64,000 bases of DNA from Bacillota bacterium (GTDB lineage: Bacteria; Bacillota; Ch66; Ch109). Each line of letters opens with the position of its first letter. Position 1 is the stretch's first letter. The stretch covers positions 832,001 through 896,000 of the forward strand of contig JBMNLH010000001.1 of the NCBI GenBank assembly GCA_050952625.1, read 5' to 3'. Made by a program: the position numbers and the translations under genes. Shown here piece after piece: positions 1 to 10,605 of the stretch. The notes beneath the pieces are model-generated. The model was not told the DNA's origin. It was given only the letters and a program-made list of their open reading frames with translations, and made no database searches.

Positions 1-395
1 AAACGAGGATTTTTGAAAGAGTCGGGATGATTAATATCTGTATTCCATATATAACTTTAGAGCCTATTATATCTAAGTTGAGTGTCCAGTTCTGGTACTC
101 AAGTGCGCGAAAGGAGCAGACCCCGGAAAATTTTATTGGATTGCGCAAACGGATAGAAACAGCTCTTGTCCCGGTTAAGGTAGTATTAGGCCGTACCAGA
201 GTTACTTTAGCCGAATTATTAGAACTACAGCTAGGCGATGTAATTGCTCTGGATACCCGGGTTGATCAGGAACTGGAGGTGGTAGTTGGCCCTCAGACCA
301 AGTTTACTGGTCGTCCCGGTTTAATCGGTAATAGACTGGGAGTTCAAATAACGTCCCAAGTCCGGAATGATGATGGGGAGGACGAAAATGAGTAG
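1..395 (+). CDS. fliM: Flagellar motor switch protein FliM, C-terminal part (5' truncated by window)
   Basis: GMINICIPYITLEPIISKL motif and C-terminal SpoA domain (LQLGDVIALD...GRPG); directly upstream of fliY. Confidence 0.93.
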   Translation, partial: TRIFERVGMINICIPYITLEPIISKLSVQFWYSSARKEQTPENFIGLRKRIETALVPVKVVLGRTRVTLAELLELQLGDVIALDTRVDQELEVVVGPQTKFTGRPGLIGNRLGVQITSQVRNDDGEDENE

Positions 396-1572
396 TGGAA
401 TTTTATCTCAAGAAGAGATCGATGCCTTATTACGAGGCGAACCAGCATCGATAAATAAAGAATCTGATTCAGAGGACTTAGATGAAAAATTATCAGACAT
501 GGAAATAGATGCTATTGGGGAAATAAGCAATATTGGGATGGGTACTGCGGCAACCACCCTCTCGACACTTTTGGGCAAGCGGGTGTCGATCACCACGCCT
601 AGGGTAAAGCAGATTACCCGGCATCAATTGATAACGGAGCACGTTGTTCCCTATGTGATCATAACTGTTCGATACACTCAGGGGGTTGAAGGTGCTAATC
701 TCCTAGTCATGAAGGTTGTGGATGCTGCGGTTATAGCTGATTTGATGATGGGTAATGATGGTGCTAATCCACCCGCTGAACTGGATGAAATAATGCTCAG
801 TGCCGTAGGAGAAGCCATGAATCAAATGATGGGTTCAACTACTACATCGCTATCGACCATGTTTAATAAACGAATTGACATCTCTCCACCTAGCTTAGAA
901 GTTATTCAATTCTCAGATACTCGTTTCAATAGCCAAATGGACGAGCCCTTTGACAATCTGATCAAGATATCCTTCCGGATGGTGATAGAAGATTTAGTCG
1001 ATAGTGAAATAATGCAGCTTATTCCAGTGATTTACGCTAAAGACATGGTTGAAACCTTACTTGGTAAAATGAATGAAGAAATTGTATCAGCTGATCCAGG
1101 CCCCATCCCTGAAAGGCCTGAACCATCCGGAGCTGCTGAAACCGGCCCTCTGCCGACGGCTTCTACTGTACCGGTTACTCCGGCCAAAGAGATTCCAGTG
1201 GCTCCACCTTCTTTACAGCCTAGTGTTATGGAACAAGTGTCGTCTAAACCAAGTGTACCAGTTCAACCGGTACAGTTTGCTCCCTTAACTCCGAATATCG
1301 AGAGTAAGGAAATGGGTAATATCAGTTTACTAATGGATGTTCCATTAGAGATATCTGTGGAACTGGGCCGGACCCGCAAAACAATTAAGCAAATTTTAGA
1401 TTTAGGTCAAGGTTCAATAATTCAGCTTGATCGATTAGCTGGTGAACCGGTAGATCTTTTGGTAAATGGAAAATTAGTAGCTAAAGGTGAAGTTGTAGTA
1501 ATAGATGAAAATTTTGGCATCAGAGTTACGTCTATTGTTAGTCGAGTTGAACGGTTAGGCAATCTACAATAA
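388..1572 (+). CDS. fliY: Flagellar switch phosphatase FliY (CheC-like domains plus FliN domain)
   Basis: LSQEEIDALL N-terminus, DAIGEISNIGMG and GEAMNQMMG CheC motifs, C-terminal LLMDVPLEISVELG; start placed at ATG 388 after GGAGG. Confidence 0.93.
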   Translation: MSSGILSQEEIDALLRGEPASINKESDSEDLDEKLSDMEIDAIGEISNIGMGTAATTLSTLLGKRVSITTPRVKQITRHQLITEHVVPYVIITVRYTQGVEGANLLVMKVVDAAVIADLMMGNDGANPPAELDEIMLSAVGEAMNQMMGSTTTSLSTMFNKRIDISPPSLEVIQFSDTRFNSQMDEPFDNLIKISFRMVIEDLVDSEIMQLIPVIYAKDMVETLLGKMNEEIVSADPGPIPERPEPSGAAETGPLPTASTVPVTPAKEIPVAPPSLQPSVMEQVSSKPSVPVQPVQFAPLTPNIESKEMGNISLLMDVPLEISVELGRTRKTIKQILDLGQGSIIQLDRLAGEPVDLLVNGKLVAKGEVVVIDENFGIRVTSIVSRVERLGNLQ

Positions 1573-1592
1573 CTTGAAGGAGAGATACTTGA

Positions 1593-1955
1593 ATGGGAAA
1601 AAGAATATTAGTCGTGGACGATGCAGCCTTCATGCGAATGATGATTAAAGATATTTTAACTAAAAACGGTTATACGATAGTCGGGGAAGCAGAGAATGGC
1701 CTGGTGGCGATAGAACGTTTTCTGGAACTGCGTCCTGACCTGGTAACAATGGATATCACCATGCCTGAACTTGATGGAATTAGTGCTGTTCGTGAGATCA
1801 GAAAGATTGATCCCCAAGCCAAAATAATTATCTGTAGTGCGATGGGTCAGCAAGCAATGGTTATTGATGCCATCCAAGCGGGTGCGCGTGATTTTGTCGT
1901 TAAACCATTTCAACCCGAACGGGTTTTAGAGGCTATCGGTAAGGCACTGGGTTAA
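1593..1955 (+). CDS. cheY: Chemotaxis response regulator CheY
   Basis: VVDDAAFMRMMIKDIL, DITMP, KPF receiver motifs. Confidence 0.96.
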   Translation: MGKRILVVDDAAFMRMMIKDILTKNGYTIVGEAENGLVAIERFLELRPDLVTMDITMPELDGISAVREIRKIDPQAKIIICSAMGQQAMVIDAIQAGARDFVVKPFQPERVLEAIGKALG

Positions 1956-2599
1956 TGGAAGGCTGTCCAATGATCAGTAACTCTATTCGAATTCATTGGC
2001 TAAGATTTTTGCTTGTTAGCGTTATACTAGCCGGAGCATTAATAATCGGATTGGTGAATGCTGCTCAAGCAACATCAACTGATGAGAATCAGATAATTAA
2101 TTTGCCAGAATATCAAGAGCCTCAGGTGCAAGAACCCCCAGGTGTCGGGGGTCTCCTATTTAAAATACTGGTCAGCGTCTTAGTTATAGTCATACTTAGT
2201 TATGGTTTGATTCGTTTTTTTGGTAAAGGCTTCAAATTGCAAGGAGGAACTTGGATTAATATTCTTGATCATGTGTCATTAGGGCCAAACCGAGGGATTT
2301 ATTTGGTTGATATTGGGGGTAAAGTTTTGGTGCTGGGGATAACTGATCATAATATGGTAAAGATAATGGAAATCGAAGATGATGTAACAATTGCCGAAAT
2401 GAGACTATACCAGAGCAACTTAGATGATTCGGCGGTTAGGAAATGGAAACGACGGATAAACCGTTTTCGTTCATCGTCTAACAATCACCCAAGCATTGAC
2501 ACTCAAGATCAGCTTAAACAACGACTCGATTTTCATTCCGCCATCGAAGAACAGTTGAATCGGATGCAGGGTCTCTATAAGGATGATCGGCATGAATAA
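1955..2599 (+). CDS. fliO: Flagellar biosynthesis protein FliO/FliZ
   Basis: TM helices, ILDHVSLGPNRGIYLVDIGGKVLVLGITD FliO motif, position between cheY and fliP. Confidence 0.8.
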   Translation: MEGCPMISNSIRIHWLRFLLVSVILAGALIIGLVNAAQATSTDENQIINLPEYQEPQVQEPPGVGGLLFKILVSVLVIVILSYGLIRFFGKGFKLQGGTWINILDHVSLGPNRGIYLVDIGGKVLVLGITDHNMVKIMEIEDDVTIAEMRLYQSNLDDSAVRKWKRRINRFRSSSNNHPSIDTQDQLKQRLDFHSAIEEQLNRMQGLYKDDRHE

Positions 2600-3362
2600 G
2601 GTACCTAAGAAACGTTGCGTGCTTGTGCTCTTTGTGGTAACAGTTGTTAGTTTATTTGGGCTAGTTCATCCGGTTCAGGCTGAACCGTTTCCTTTTCCTC
2701 AGATTAGTCTGGGGATTGAAGGAGCGGAAGAACCTCTTGAAGTAGCGCAGAGTCTCCAGATCCTGTTTATACTGACCATACTTTCCTTGGCCCCGGCAAT
2801 TCTGGTGATGATGACTTCTTTTACGCGCATTATTGTGGTATTGTCATTTGTGCGCAGTGCCTTGGGAATTCAGCAGATGCCTCCCAATCAAATACTGATT
2901 GGGTTAGCTTTGTTTTTAACTTTGTTTGTTATGGCCCCTACCTGGCAAGAGATTAATCAAGAAGCTTTACAACCTTATTTAGCCGGCAACATGAGTCAAA
3001 CTAATTTTCTGCAGAAAGGCATGGAACCAGTTAGAAGCTTTATGTTTAAGCAGACTAGGGAGAAGGATCTAGCCCTTTTCGTTAATCTAGCTCAATTACC
3101 TAGACCTCAAACTTACTCAGATATTCCAAACCATGTCCTTATTCCAGCTTTTATAATTAGCGAACTCAAAACTGCTTTCCAAATCGGTTTTATTATTTTT
3201 ATACCCTTCCTAGTAATCGATATGGTAGTTGCTAGTGCCTTGATGTCAATGGGGATGTTAATGCTTCCGCCCATGATGATATCACTGCCCTTCAAAATTC
3301 TCTTGTTTGTTCTGGTAGATGGCTGGAATCTGTTGGTACGATCATTGGTTCTTAGTTTTTAA
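2583..3362 (+). CDS. fliP: Flagellar export protein FliP
   Basis: MMTSFTRIIVVL, QMPPNQIL, PAFIISELKTAF, LPFKILLFVLVDGW. Confidence 0.97.
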   Translation: MIGMNKVPKKRCVLVLFVVTVVSLFGLVHPVQAEPFPFPQISLGIEGAEEPLEVAQSLQILFILTILSLAPAILVMMTSFTRIIVVLSFVRSALGIQQMPPNQILIGLALFLTLFVMAPTWQEINQEALQPYLAGNMSQTNFLQKGMEPVRSFMFKQTREKDLALFVNLAQLPRPQTYSDIPNHVLIPAFIISELKTAFQIGFIIFIPFLVIDMVVASALMSMGMLMLPPMMISLPFKILLFVLVDGWNLLVRSLVLSF

Positions 3363-3420
3363 TCGGGCAGCCTTAAGAATCCGACTGGTCAATAAGGTTT
3401 TTCATTAAGGGGGAACCGAA

Positions 3421-3696
3421 GTGGCAGAGGAATTTATCATGTATCTAACCAAAGAAGCCCTTTACACCACCTTATTGTTGGCTGCTCCAATCCTTATCGG
3501 CAGTTTGTTGGTGGGTCTGCTGTTTAGTATTTTTCAGGCAACCACTCAGATTCAAGAGCAGACCTTGGCCTTTGTTCCCAAAATTATTGCGGTGATGATC
3601 ATAATAGTTTTTTTTGGGCCGTGGATGCTTAAAATACTAAATATCTTTGCGACAAATCTGTTTGCCAATTTACATAACTACACTTTTATTCATTAG
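3421..3696 (+). CDS. fliQ: Flagellar export protein FliQ
   Basis: FQATTQIQEQTLAFVPK. Confidence 0.97.
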   Translation: MAEEFIMYLTKEALYTTLLLAAPILIGSLLVGLLFSIFQATTQIQEQTLAFVPKIIAVMIIIVFFGPWMLKILNIFATNLFANLHNYTFIH

Positions 3697-3699
3697 GCT

Positions 3700-4488
3700 T
3701 TGACTATGGATGCTATTGGACTTTTTCTTAGCAAACTTGACTTATTTCTATTGGTATTGGCCCGAGTCAGCGGTGTATTTCAGATGGCCCCAGTTTTTTC
3801 AGGACAGAGGACCCCTCTTACTATACGGGCTGGTCTGGCGGCACTGGTCTCTATATTGGTAGTTATGGTCCTGCCCATAGCTTCAGATCAGATCCCACGT
3901 GACTTGCCTTCTTTTGTGATTAGCTTGGCTGGTGAGTTTATTCTAGGTTTTGCAATTGGTTACATAATTCATTTGGTTTTTGTAGCAGTGCAGGTAGCCG
4001 GTCAGTTCATTGATATGCAGATGGGTTTTGGCATTGTTAATGTTATGGATCCTCAAAGCGGCATTCAGATGCCGTTGCTAGGTAATTTTTTGTACATAAT
4101 TGCTTTGTTAGTCTTTTTGGGTATGAACGGACATCATTTAATCCTCTCGGCACTAGTTAATAGTTACGATTTTGTGCCTATTTTTGGTGTAGTTTATACA
4201 GGAGAAGTAACGGCCTTAATTGTCTCTCTTTTTTGTGGCATGTTTTTTACAGCGATGAAAATTGCCGTTCCGCTGGTGACCACTTTATTTGTGACTGACG
4301 TTGCTTTAGGTTTGGTAGCGCGAACCGTGCCCCAAATGAATGTGTTTATTGTTGGTCTTCCTTTAAAAATATTAGTTGGGCTGGCTATTTTAACTACAAT
4401 AATGACACTTTATGTCTGGATGTTAGGAGTATTGTTTACCCAAATCTTTGAAAATGTAGATCTGTTTTTGAGAATCCTGGCCAATTAA
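3700..4488 (+). CDS. fliR: Flagellar export protein FliR
   Basis: AGQFIDMQMGFG, ARTVPQMNVFIVGLPLK; hydrophobic. Confidence 0.96.
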   Translation: MTMDAIGLFLSKLDLFLLVLARVSGVFQMAPVFSGQRTPLTIRAGLAALVSILVVMVLPIASDQIPRDLPSFVISLAGEFILGFAIGYIIHLVFVAVQVAGQFIDMQMGFGIVNVMDPQSGIQMPLLGNFLYIIALLVFLGMNGHHLILSALVNSYDFVPIFGVVYTGEVTALIVSLFCGMFFTAMKIAVPLVTTLFVTDVALGLVARTVPQMNVFIVGLPLKILVGLAILTTIMTLYVWMLGVLFTQIFENVDLFLRILAN

Positions 4489-4510
4489 AAGATGCCTGAT
4501 TCCAGTTAAG

Positions 4511-5626
4511 GTGAAGAGAATGCCTGATTTTTTGACTTGGGGTAACTCGCGTCCCCTGAATTTACAGATGTTTGCCGGGGAGAAGACGGAAAAGGCTACC
4601 CCACGCAAACGACAGGAAGCCCGGAAAAAGGGTCAAGTATTAAAGAGTACTGAACTTAACTCAGCCTTGATACTTTTATTAACCTTCTTAGCTGTGTATT
4701 TATACCTGCCTTATATGTGGCAGGCAATTATAGATTTTACCGAGAAAGCCTATTTTGAGTATACCCGGGTAAGTCTGACGCCGGAATTCTTATCCAGCCT
4801 TATTGTTGAGTGCATTTTGCTAATCCTCCGGATGGTTTTACCGGTTGTCGCGGTTGCCATGATAGCCGGGATTACTGCTAATTATATCCAAGTAGGCTTT
4901 TTATTTACAACTGAAACCTTAAAAATTAAATTTGATCGTCTTAATCCACTAGAAGGATTTAAAAGGATATTTTCAAAACGAGCAATAGTAGAGTTGCTTA
5001 AATCCCTCTGGAAAGTTACTGCAGTTGGGTTTGTGACCTACTCAGTGGTATCGAATCATCTGAACCTTTTTCCGCAGTTAATTGACGCTGAACTATTCGG
5101 AGTTATCAGTTTTTTAAACAATCTGATTTTTAGTATTGCATGGCGAGTAGGCCTATTATTATTTGTCCTGGCCATTATTGATTACAGTTTCCAGTGGTGG
5201 GAGCATGAAAAAAATTTAAAAATGAGTAAACAAGAAATTAAGGATGAATACAAACAAATAGAGGGGGACCCTCAGGTCAGAGCTAGAATTAAAGAAAGGC
5301 AAAGACAGATGGCGATGCGACGCATGATGAGTCAGGTTCCGCAAGCGGATGTGGTGATCACTAACCCGACCCATTTTGCAGTCGCCTTAATCTATAAATC
5401 AGCTGAGATGACTTCACCAATCGTGGTGGCTAAGGGCCAGGATCTGATTGCGAAAAGAATACGAGAAATTGCTCAGGAACATGGGGTTGTAATTGTCGAA
5501 AACAAACCCCTGGCCCAGACTCTCTATCGGTCAGTGGAAATTGGACAGCAAATTCCCGCCGAGTTATATCAGGCAGTAGCCGAGGTACTGGCTTATGTAT
5601 ATCGTCTTAGACGCAGAGCATTTTAA
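4511..5626 (+). CDS. flhB: Flagellar export switch protein FlhB
   Basis: EKTEKATPRK, EGDPQVR, NPTH autocleavage motif. Confidence 0.97.
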   Translation: MKRMPDFLTWGNSRPLNLQMFAGEKTEKATPRKRQEARKKGQVLKSTELNSALILLLTFLAVYLYLPYMWQAIIDFTEKAYFEYTRVSLTPEFLSSLIVECILLILRMVLPVVAVAMIAGITANYIQVGFLFTTETLKIKFDRLNPLEGFKRIFSKRAIVELLKSLWKVTAVGFVTYSVVSNHLNLFPQLIDAELFGVISFLNNLIFSIAWRVGLLLFVLAIIDYSFQWWEHEKNLKMSKQEIKDEYKQIEGDPQVRARIKERQRQMAMRRMMSQVPQADVVITNPTHFAVALIYKSAEMTSPIVVAKGQDLIAKRIREIAQEHGVVIVENKPLAQTLYRSVEIGQQIPAELYQAVAEVLAYVYRLRRRAF

Positions 5627-5656
5627 TTTTATTAGTTATAAAGGAGGCCTGGAGGT

Positions 5657-7726
5657 ATGCCGGCTAAGGGTGCGACCTTGGCTGAGACAAGGATCGGTCG
5701 TTATAGTGACTTATTATTAGCCCTAGTGATCATTGGGGCAGTAATGCTAATGGTTATTAAGTTACCCCCGGTATTTCTGGATTTTTCACTAGTTTTCAAT
5801 ATTTCGTTTTCCCTAGTAATTTTACTAGTCGCCTTATTGACTTTGCATCCCTTGGAGTTTTCTATTTTCCCGTCCCTTCTATTAATTATGACCTTGTTGC
5901 GTCTGTCGTTGAATGTGGCTTCAACACGATTGATTTTGTCCGAAGCCAATGCGGGTGAAGTGATTAAAGCTTTTGGCAGTTTTGTTATTGGCGGAAATCC
6001 AGTGGTCGGCTTTATCATGTTTTGTATTTTAGTGGTTATTCAGTTCATTGTTATTACTAAGGGTGCTGAACGGGTCTCTGAGGTAGCAGCCCGGTTTACC
6101 TTGGATGCAATGCCCGGCAAACAAATGAGTATTGATGCGGATTTAAATGCTGGTTTAATTGATGATAAACAGGCTCGGCAACGGCGAGAAAATATTCAAA
6201 AACAAGCCGACTTTTATGGGGCAATGGATGGAGCGACCAAGTTTGTTAAAGGAGACGCCATTGCTGGGATCGTAATTCTGTTAATCAATATCCTGGGCGG
6301 TTTTGTTATTGGTGTGGTGCAACGAAATATGGAAATGACGGAGGCTCTGCATACATATACCATTTTAACTGTCGGGGATGGCTTGGTTACCCAGATTCCG
6401 GCTCTCTTAATTTCAACTGCTGCCGGTATTGTCGTTACGCGGGCTACTTCGGAATCACATCTGGGACAGGAATTGCTTGGTCAGATCTTAACCCGTCCGC
6501 AGGTCTTAATTATCGCTGCTGCTGTATTGGTATTAATGGGGTTAATCGGGCTGCCGGCCTTACCGTTGTTTGTCATGGCTGGTTTCTTAACTGTCATCTC
6601 GCTAAGTTATCAGCGGGTGCTTAAGCACTCGGTAGTTCAAGAAGCAGCAAAGGAAAAAGAACAGGAGATCGAAGAGATTAAAAAACCGGAAAATGTAATT
6701 TCTTTACTTCAGGTAGATCCAATGGAGTTAGAAATGGGTTATGCTCTAATTCCTCTGGTAGATGCCAATCAAGGCGGTGACTTATTGGATAGAGTAGTTA
6801 TGATCCGGCGTCAATGTGCTCTGGAGTTAGGTTTGGTAGTCCCTCCTATTCGAATCAGGGATAATATGCAGTTGCGACCCAATAGTTATATTATTAAGAT
6901 CAAAGGCGTTCAGGTGGCTCAGGGGGAAATAATGATTGACCATTACCTGGCTATGAGTCCCGGGATTGAGGACCCAGGCATTCAAGGGATTAATACCAAA
7001 GAGCCAGCTTTTGGCTTACCAGCCAAATGGATTAACTCGGGAATGCGCGAAAAAGCAGAACTATCCGGCTATACGGTGGTAGATCCTCCGTCCGTGGTGG
7101 CGACTCATTTAACTGAAGTGATCAAGAGTCATGCTCACGAGATCCTCGGACGGCAGGATGTTCAAACTTTACTGGATAATGTGAAGCAGAATTATCCAGC
7201 AGTGGTTAACGAATTAATTCCAGATATGCTATCAGTCGGTGAGGTTCAAAAAGTATTAGCCAATTTATTACGAGAGCGGGTCCCGATTAGAGATTTGGTA
7301 ACCATCTTAGAGACTCTGGCTGACTATGCTCGAATAACTAAGGATATTGATGTTTTAACTGAGTATGTTCGTCAGGCACTGGGAAGACACATTAGTAAGC
7401 TTTTTGCGAATGAGGATAATACCTTGTCGGTGATCACCTTGGATCCGGAAATTGAACAACTGATTCGCGATTCATTGCAAACCTCTGATTATGGAACCTT
7501 TGCTGCCTTGGAACCCCAACAGGCCCAGAAGTTAATCCAGCGGATCAGTCAACAGGTTGAACAGGCTGTGCAGCACGGACATCAACCAATAGTATTATGC
7601 GCCCCGGTTATCCGTTTGTATCTTCGTCGTCTAATTGAACGAGTTATCCCAAATTTAACTGTACTTTCCTATAATGAGTTGGACGCTCAAATCGAAGTTC
7701 AATCTATTGGGATGGTGACGCTCTAA
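5657..7726 (+). CDS. flhA: Flagellar export gate protein FlhA
   Basis: RVSEVAARFTLDAMPGKQMSIDADL, FYGAMDGATKFVKGD. Confidence 0.98.
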   Translation: MPAKGATLAETRIGRYSDLLLALVIIGAVMLMVIKLPPVFLDFSLVFNISFSLVILLVALLTLHPLEFSIFPSLLLIMTLLRLSLNVASTRLILSEANAGEVIKAFGSFVIGGNPVVGFIMFCILVVIQFIVITKGAERVSEVAARFTLDAMPGKQMSIDADLNAGLIDDKQARQRRENIQKQADFYGAMDGATKFVKGDAIAGIVILLINILGGFVIGVVQRNMEMTEALHTYTILTVGDGLVTQIPALLISTAAGIVVTRATSESHLGQELLGQILTRPQVLIIAAAVLVLMGLIGLPALPLFVMAGFLTVISLSYQRVLKHSVVQEAAKEKEQEIEEIKKPENVISLLQVDPMELEMGYALIPLVDANQGGDLLDRVVMIRRQCALELGLVVPPIRIRDNMQLRPNSYIIKIKGVQVAQGEIMIDHYLAMSPGIEDPGIQGINTKEPAFGLPAKWINSGMREKAELSGYTVVDPPSVVATHLTEVIKSHAHEILGRQDVQTLLDNVKQNYPAVVNELIPDMLSVGEVQKVLANLLRERVPIRDLVTILETLADYARITKDIDVLTEYVRQALGRHISKLFANEDNTLSVITLDPEIEQLIRDSLQTSDYGTFAALEPQQAQKLIQRISQQVEQAVQHGHQPIVLCAPVIRLYLRRLIERVIPNLTVLSYNELDAQIEVQSIGMVTL

Positions 7727-7727
7727 T

Positions 7728-8939
7728 ATGCAAGTTAAACGTTTTGTAGCCAGCACTCTTCAAGAGGCGATATTAAAAGTAAAAAAAGAAATGGGTAAAG
7801 ATGCGGTCATTTTACATACGCGTAAGTTTAAAGAGGGAGGAATTTTCGGCTTTTTTTCCAAGGAAATGGTGGAAGTGACCGCAGCCTTGGATAATTCACC
7901 ACTCACAGTTATTGAACCAAAATTACCATCCAGACCTGAAATAACCACCCCAAACCCGAGTTCACCTAGGCAACAACAGAAGGACGAGGCATCGGTGAAC
8001 GATCAAGTCGGTCACATCAATGACTATAAGGAATTATCTTTAGTTCGAGAAGAACTTCGAGATATGAAACATTTAATGAATCGGGTACTAAAGGGAGTAG
8101 AGTTCAGGCAGCGGAATGGCTTAGAGAATTACCCTCCCGGCTTTGGGCAGATCTTTGATTATCTTTGCAGTCGCGATATAGAAGAAGAATTGGCTAGACG
8201 TTTAGTAAAGGCAATGGCGAACCAATTGCTTGCCAGTGACCTTGACAATAAACCCAAAATACAGGAATGCTTGGATAAATTAGTTTGTGATCTCTTTCAA
8301 GAACCTCTCCCTATTCAACTATCTTCGCGGGAGAGACCCCAGGTCGTTTCTTTAGTTGGCCCTACCGGTGTTGGAAAGACCACGACAATTGCCAAATTGG
8401 CGGCACGTTATTCCTTAATCGAGAAAAAACGACTTGCCTTAATCACTATAGATACTTACCGCATTGCCGCGATTGAGCAATTAAAAACCTACGGTAAAAT
8501 CATGGATATTCCAGTAGAAGTTGTTTTTACCCCGGAAATCCTTCGCGAGACAATCGAGCAATTTAAAGATAAGGAATTGATTTTACTTGATACAGCCGGT
8601 CGTAGTCCGCAAAATGATACCCATATGAAAGAATTAAACATCTTTTTAAACCAAAAAAATATCTCAGAAAACTACTTGGTAATCAGTGCCGGTACGCGTT
8701 ACCGGGATATGCTCAATATCTACAAGAGTTTTAGTAATGTGGTTTCGATTGATAAACTGATATTTACTAAACTAGATGAAACAGAATATTTAGGACCTTT
8801 GTTAAGTTTGGTTACCTATACCCGAAAGAACCTCTCATATGTTACTACCGGGCAAAATGTTCCTGATGACATTGAAGTACCCAGCCCACGGAGACTAGCC
8901 AGGATGATTGTTGGGGAGATAGGAGAGAACAAAATATGA
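7728..8939 (+). CDS. flhF: SRP-family GTPase FlhF
   Basis: GPTGVGKTTTIAKLA, DTYRIAA, DTAGRS, TKLDET, GQNVPDDI. Confidence 0.96.
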   Translation: MQVKRFVASTLQEAILKVKKEMGKDAVILHTRKFKEGGIFGFFSKEMVEVTAALDNSPLTVIEPKLPSRPEITTPNPSSPRQQQKDEASVNDQVGHINDYKELSLVREELRDMKHLMNRVLKGVEFRQRNGLENYPPGFGQIFDYLCSRDIEEELARRLVKAMANQLLASDLDNKPKIQECLDKLVCDLFQEPLPIQLSSRERPQVVSLVGPTGVGKTTTIAKLAARYSLIEKKRLALITIDTYRIAAIEQLKTYGKIMDIPVEVVFTPEILRETIEQFKDKELILLDTAGRSPQNDTHMKELNIFLNQKNISENYLVISAGTRYRDMLNIYKSFSNVVSIDKLIFTKLDETEYLGPLLSLVTYTRKNLSYVTTGQNVPDDIEVPSPRRLARMIVGEIGENKI

Positions 8940-9820
8940 ATGATCAGGCAGAAAGGCTTCGTTGGTTAGCTAAGAGTCTGAAGGAACAAGTGAATGCTGA
9001 GATAAAAGGGAATTCTGTTTCCTCAAGGATTTTTGCCGTAACTAGCGGAAAAGGGGGGGTTGGGAAAACAAACTTATCCCTTAATCTAGCCTTGGCTATG
9101 ATTGAATATGGCAAGAAAGTCGTTCTAATGGATGCAGATATGGGCACGGCGAACATAGACGTAATTCTCGGCGTTTTTCCCCAATACAACTTATTTCATG
9201 TGGCTGAAGGGAGCAGAAAACTGAACGAAATAATTCTGGAAGGGCCCAGAGGGCTCCGCATCATACCCGGCGTCTCGGGCATAAGGAACCTGGCCAATTT
9301 ATCAACTCAGCGATTTGAGCAACTGATGGCAGAACTGCGGGAATTCGAGCAAAACACGGAATTAATGATTATTGATACCGGCGCAGGGATTTCTGATAAT
9401 GTCATCAAATTCCTCCTGGCAGCAGATGAGGTTGTTGTCGTCACCACTCCTGAGCCGACCTCTTTAACTGATGCCTATGCGCTCATTAAAATTGTCGCTC
9501 AAGAAAACAATAATCCGACAATCAGTTTGATTATCAACCGGGTCAACAATGAAAAGGAAGGTTTATTTGTCGCTAATAAACTAAAACAGGCTACCCAGAG
9601 ATTTTTAAATCTCGATATAAATACTTTAGGTTATGTAGTTAATGATTCCGCAGTTGTTGAATCGGTTAAGAAGCAACAACCATTTTTACTAACCTACCCA
9701 AAAGCGCCTGCTACTACCTGCGTCTATCATATAGCTGCTCAGCTTTGTCAACAAAATTGCTTTAAGCCTAAGGCATCGGGCGGTTTCTTTAATAGGGTAA
9801 TGAGATTACTAAGACGATAG
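8936..9820 (+). CDS. flhG: MinD-like ATPase FlhG/FleN
   Basis: MNDQAERLR start, SGKGGVGKTN, TPEPTSLTDAYA; follows flhF. Confidence 0.93.
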   Translation: MNDQAERLRWLAKSLKEQVNAEIKGNSVSSRIFAVTSGKGGVGKTNLSLNLALAMIEYGKKVVLMDADMGTANIDVILGVFPQYNLFHVAEGSRKLNEIILEGPRGLRIIPGVSGIRNLANLSTQRFEQLMAELREFEQNTELMIIDTGAGISDNVIKFLLAADEVVVVTTPEPTSLTDAYALIKIVAQENNNPTISLIINRVNNEKEGLFVANKLKQATQRFLNLDINTLGYVVNDSAVVESVKKQQPFLLTYPKAPATTCVYHIAAQLCQQNCFKPKASGGFFNRVMRLLRR

Positions 9821-9852
9821 AAATATATCCTTTGGGAGGATTGTTATATAGA

Positions 9853-10551
9853 ATGGTGGGTAAGAAATTTATTCCTTTAACACCCGATGATTTCAAGTTA
9901 AATCAATTAGCAGAAATCATTGTTAATGAGGATGGGTATAAAGGAGTTTATGCTAGTCGAATTGAAGAAGTAAACGATACCACGCTTACTCTTGCCATGC
10001 CTTTTTATCGAGGACAAATAGTACCTTTACGACCGGGCCTTAATATCAAGGTGAGTTTTTCCAAAGAGAGAATCGTGTATTCATTTGAAACTACAATTCT
10101 TAAACGAGTGCGGACCCCTCTTCCCCTACTAATTGTGAAAAAGCCAGTCGAGGCAGAACGCCGGCAGCGCCGGGCGTGGGTGCGGATTGAGCTTAGCATT
10201 CCAGTCAAGTATCGACGCTGGAAACTGGGAGACAGCCTGCAATCGAATAGCGATAGTACCGCCGATTTTACAGAAACCAGTTCCATTGATATAAGCGGGG
10301 GCGGAATGATGTTTACAACCAATGAGAAACTGCAACAAGGGGATTTATTGTTCGTATCCTTGGAAATTCCCGATTTTGGGCCTCTAAATGTAAAGTCTCG
10401 AATTACTCGCATTAGCCGGACTCCCCCGGCAGCTAAAGCAAAATACTTTGTGGGAGTAGAATTTTTGGATTTACGGGAAAATGACCAGGACCGGATAGTT
10501 AAAATTGTTTTTGATCGCCAGCGTGAGTTAATTAAGAAGGGGCTTTTATAA
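9853..10551 (+). CDS. Flagellar brake protein, YcgR/PilZ type (c-di-GMP binding)
   Basis: QRRAWVR (RxxxR) and DISGGG (DxSxxG) PilZ motifs; start codon uncertain. Confidence 0.9.
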   Translation: MVGKKFIPLTPDDFKLNQLAEIIVNEDGYKGVYASRIEEVNDTTLTLAMPFYRGQIVPLRPGLNIKVSFSKERIVYSFETTILKRVRTPLPLLIVKKPVEAERRQRRAWVRIELSIPVKYRRWKLGDSLQSNSDSTADFTETSSIDISGGGMMFTTNEKLQQGDLLFVSLEIPDFGPLNVKSRITRISRTPPAAKAKYFVGVEFLDLRENDQDRIVKIVFDRQRELIKKGLL

Positions 10552-10605
10552 AGTTGGGTTATGCTGGCTATGGGGGTTATTCAGTATTACTAGGGAGGCA
10601 AAAGG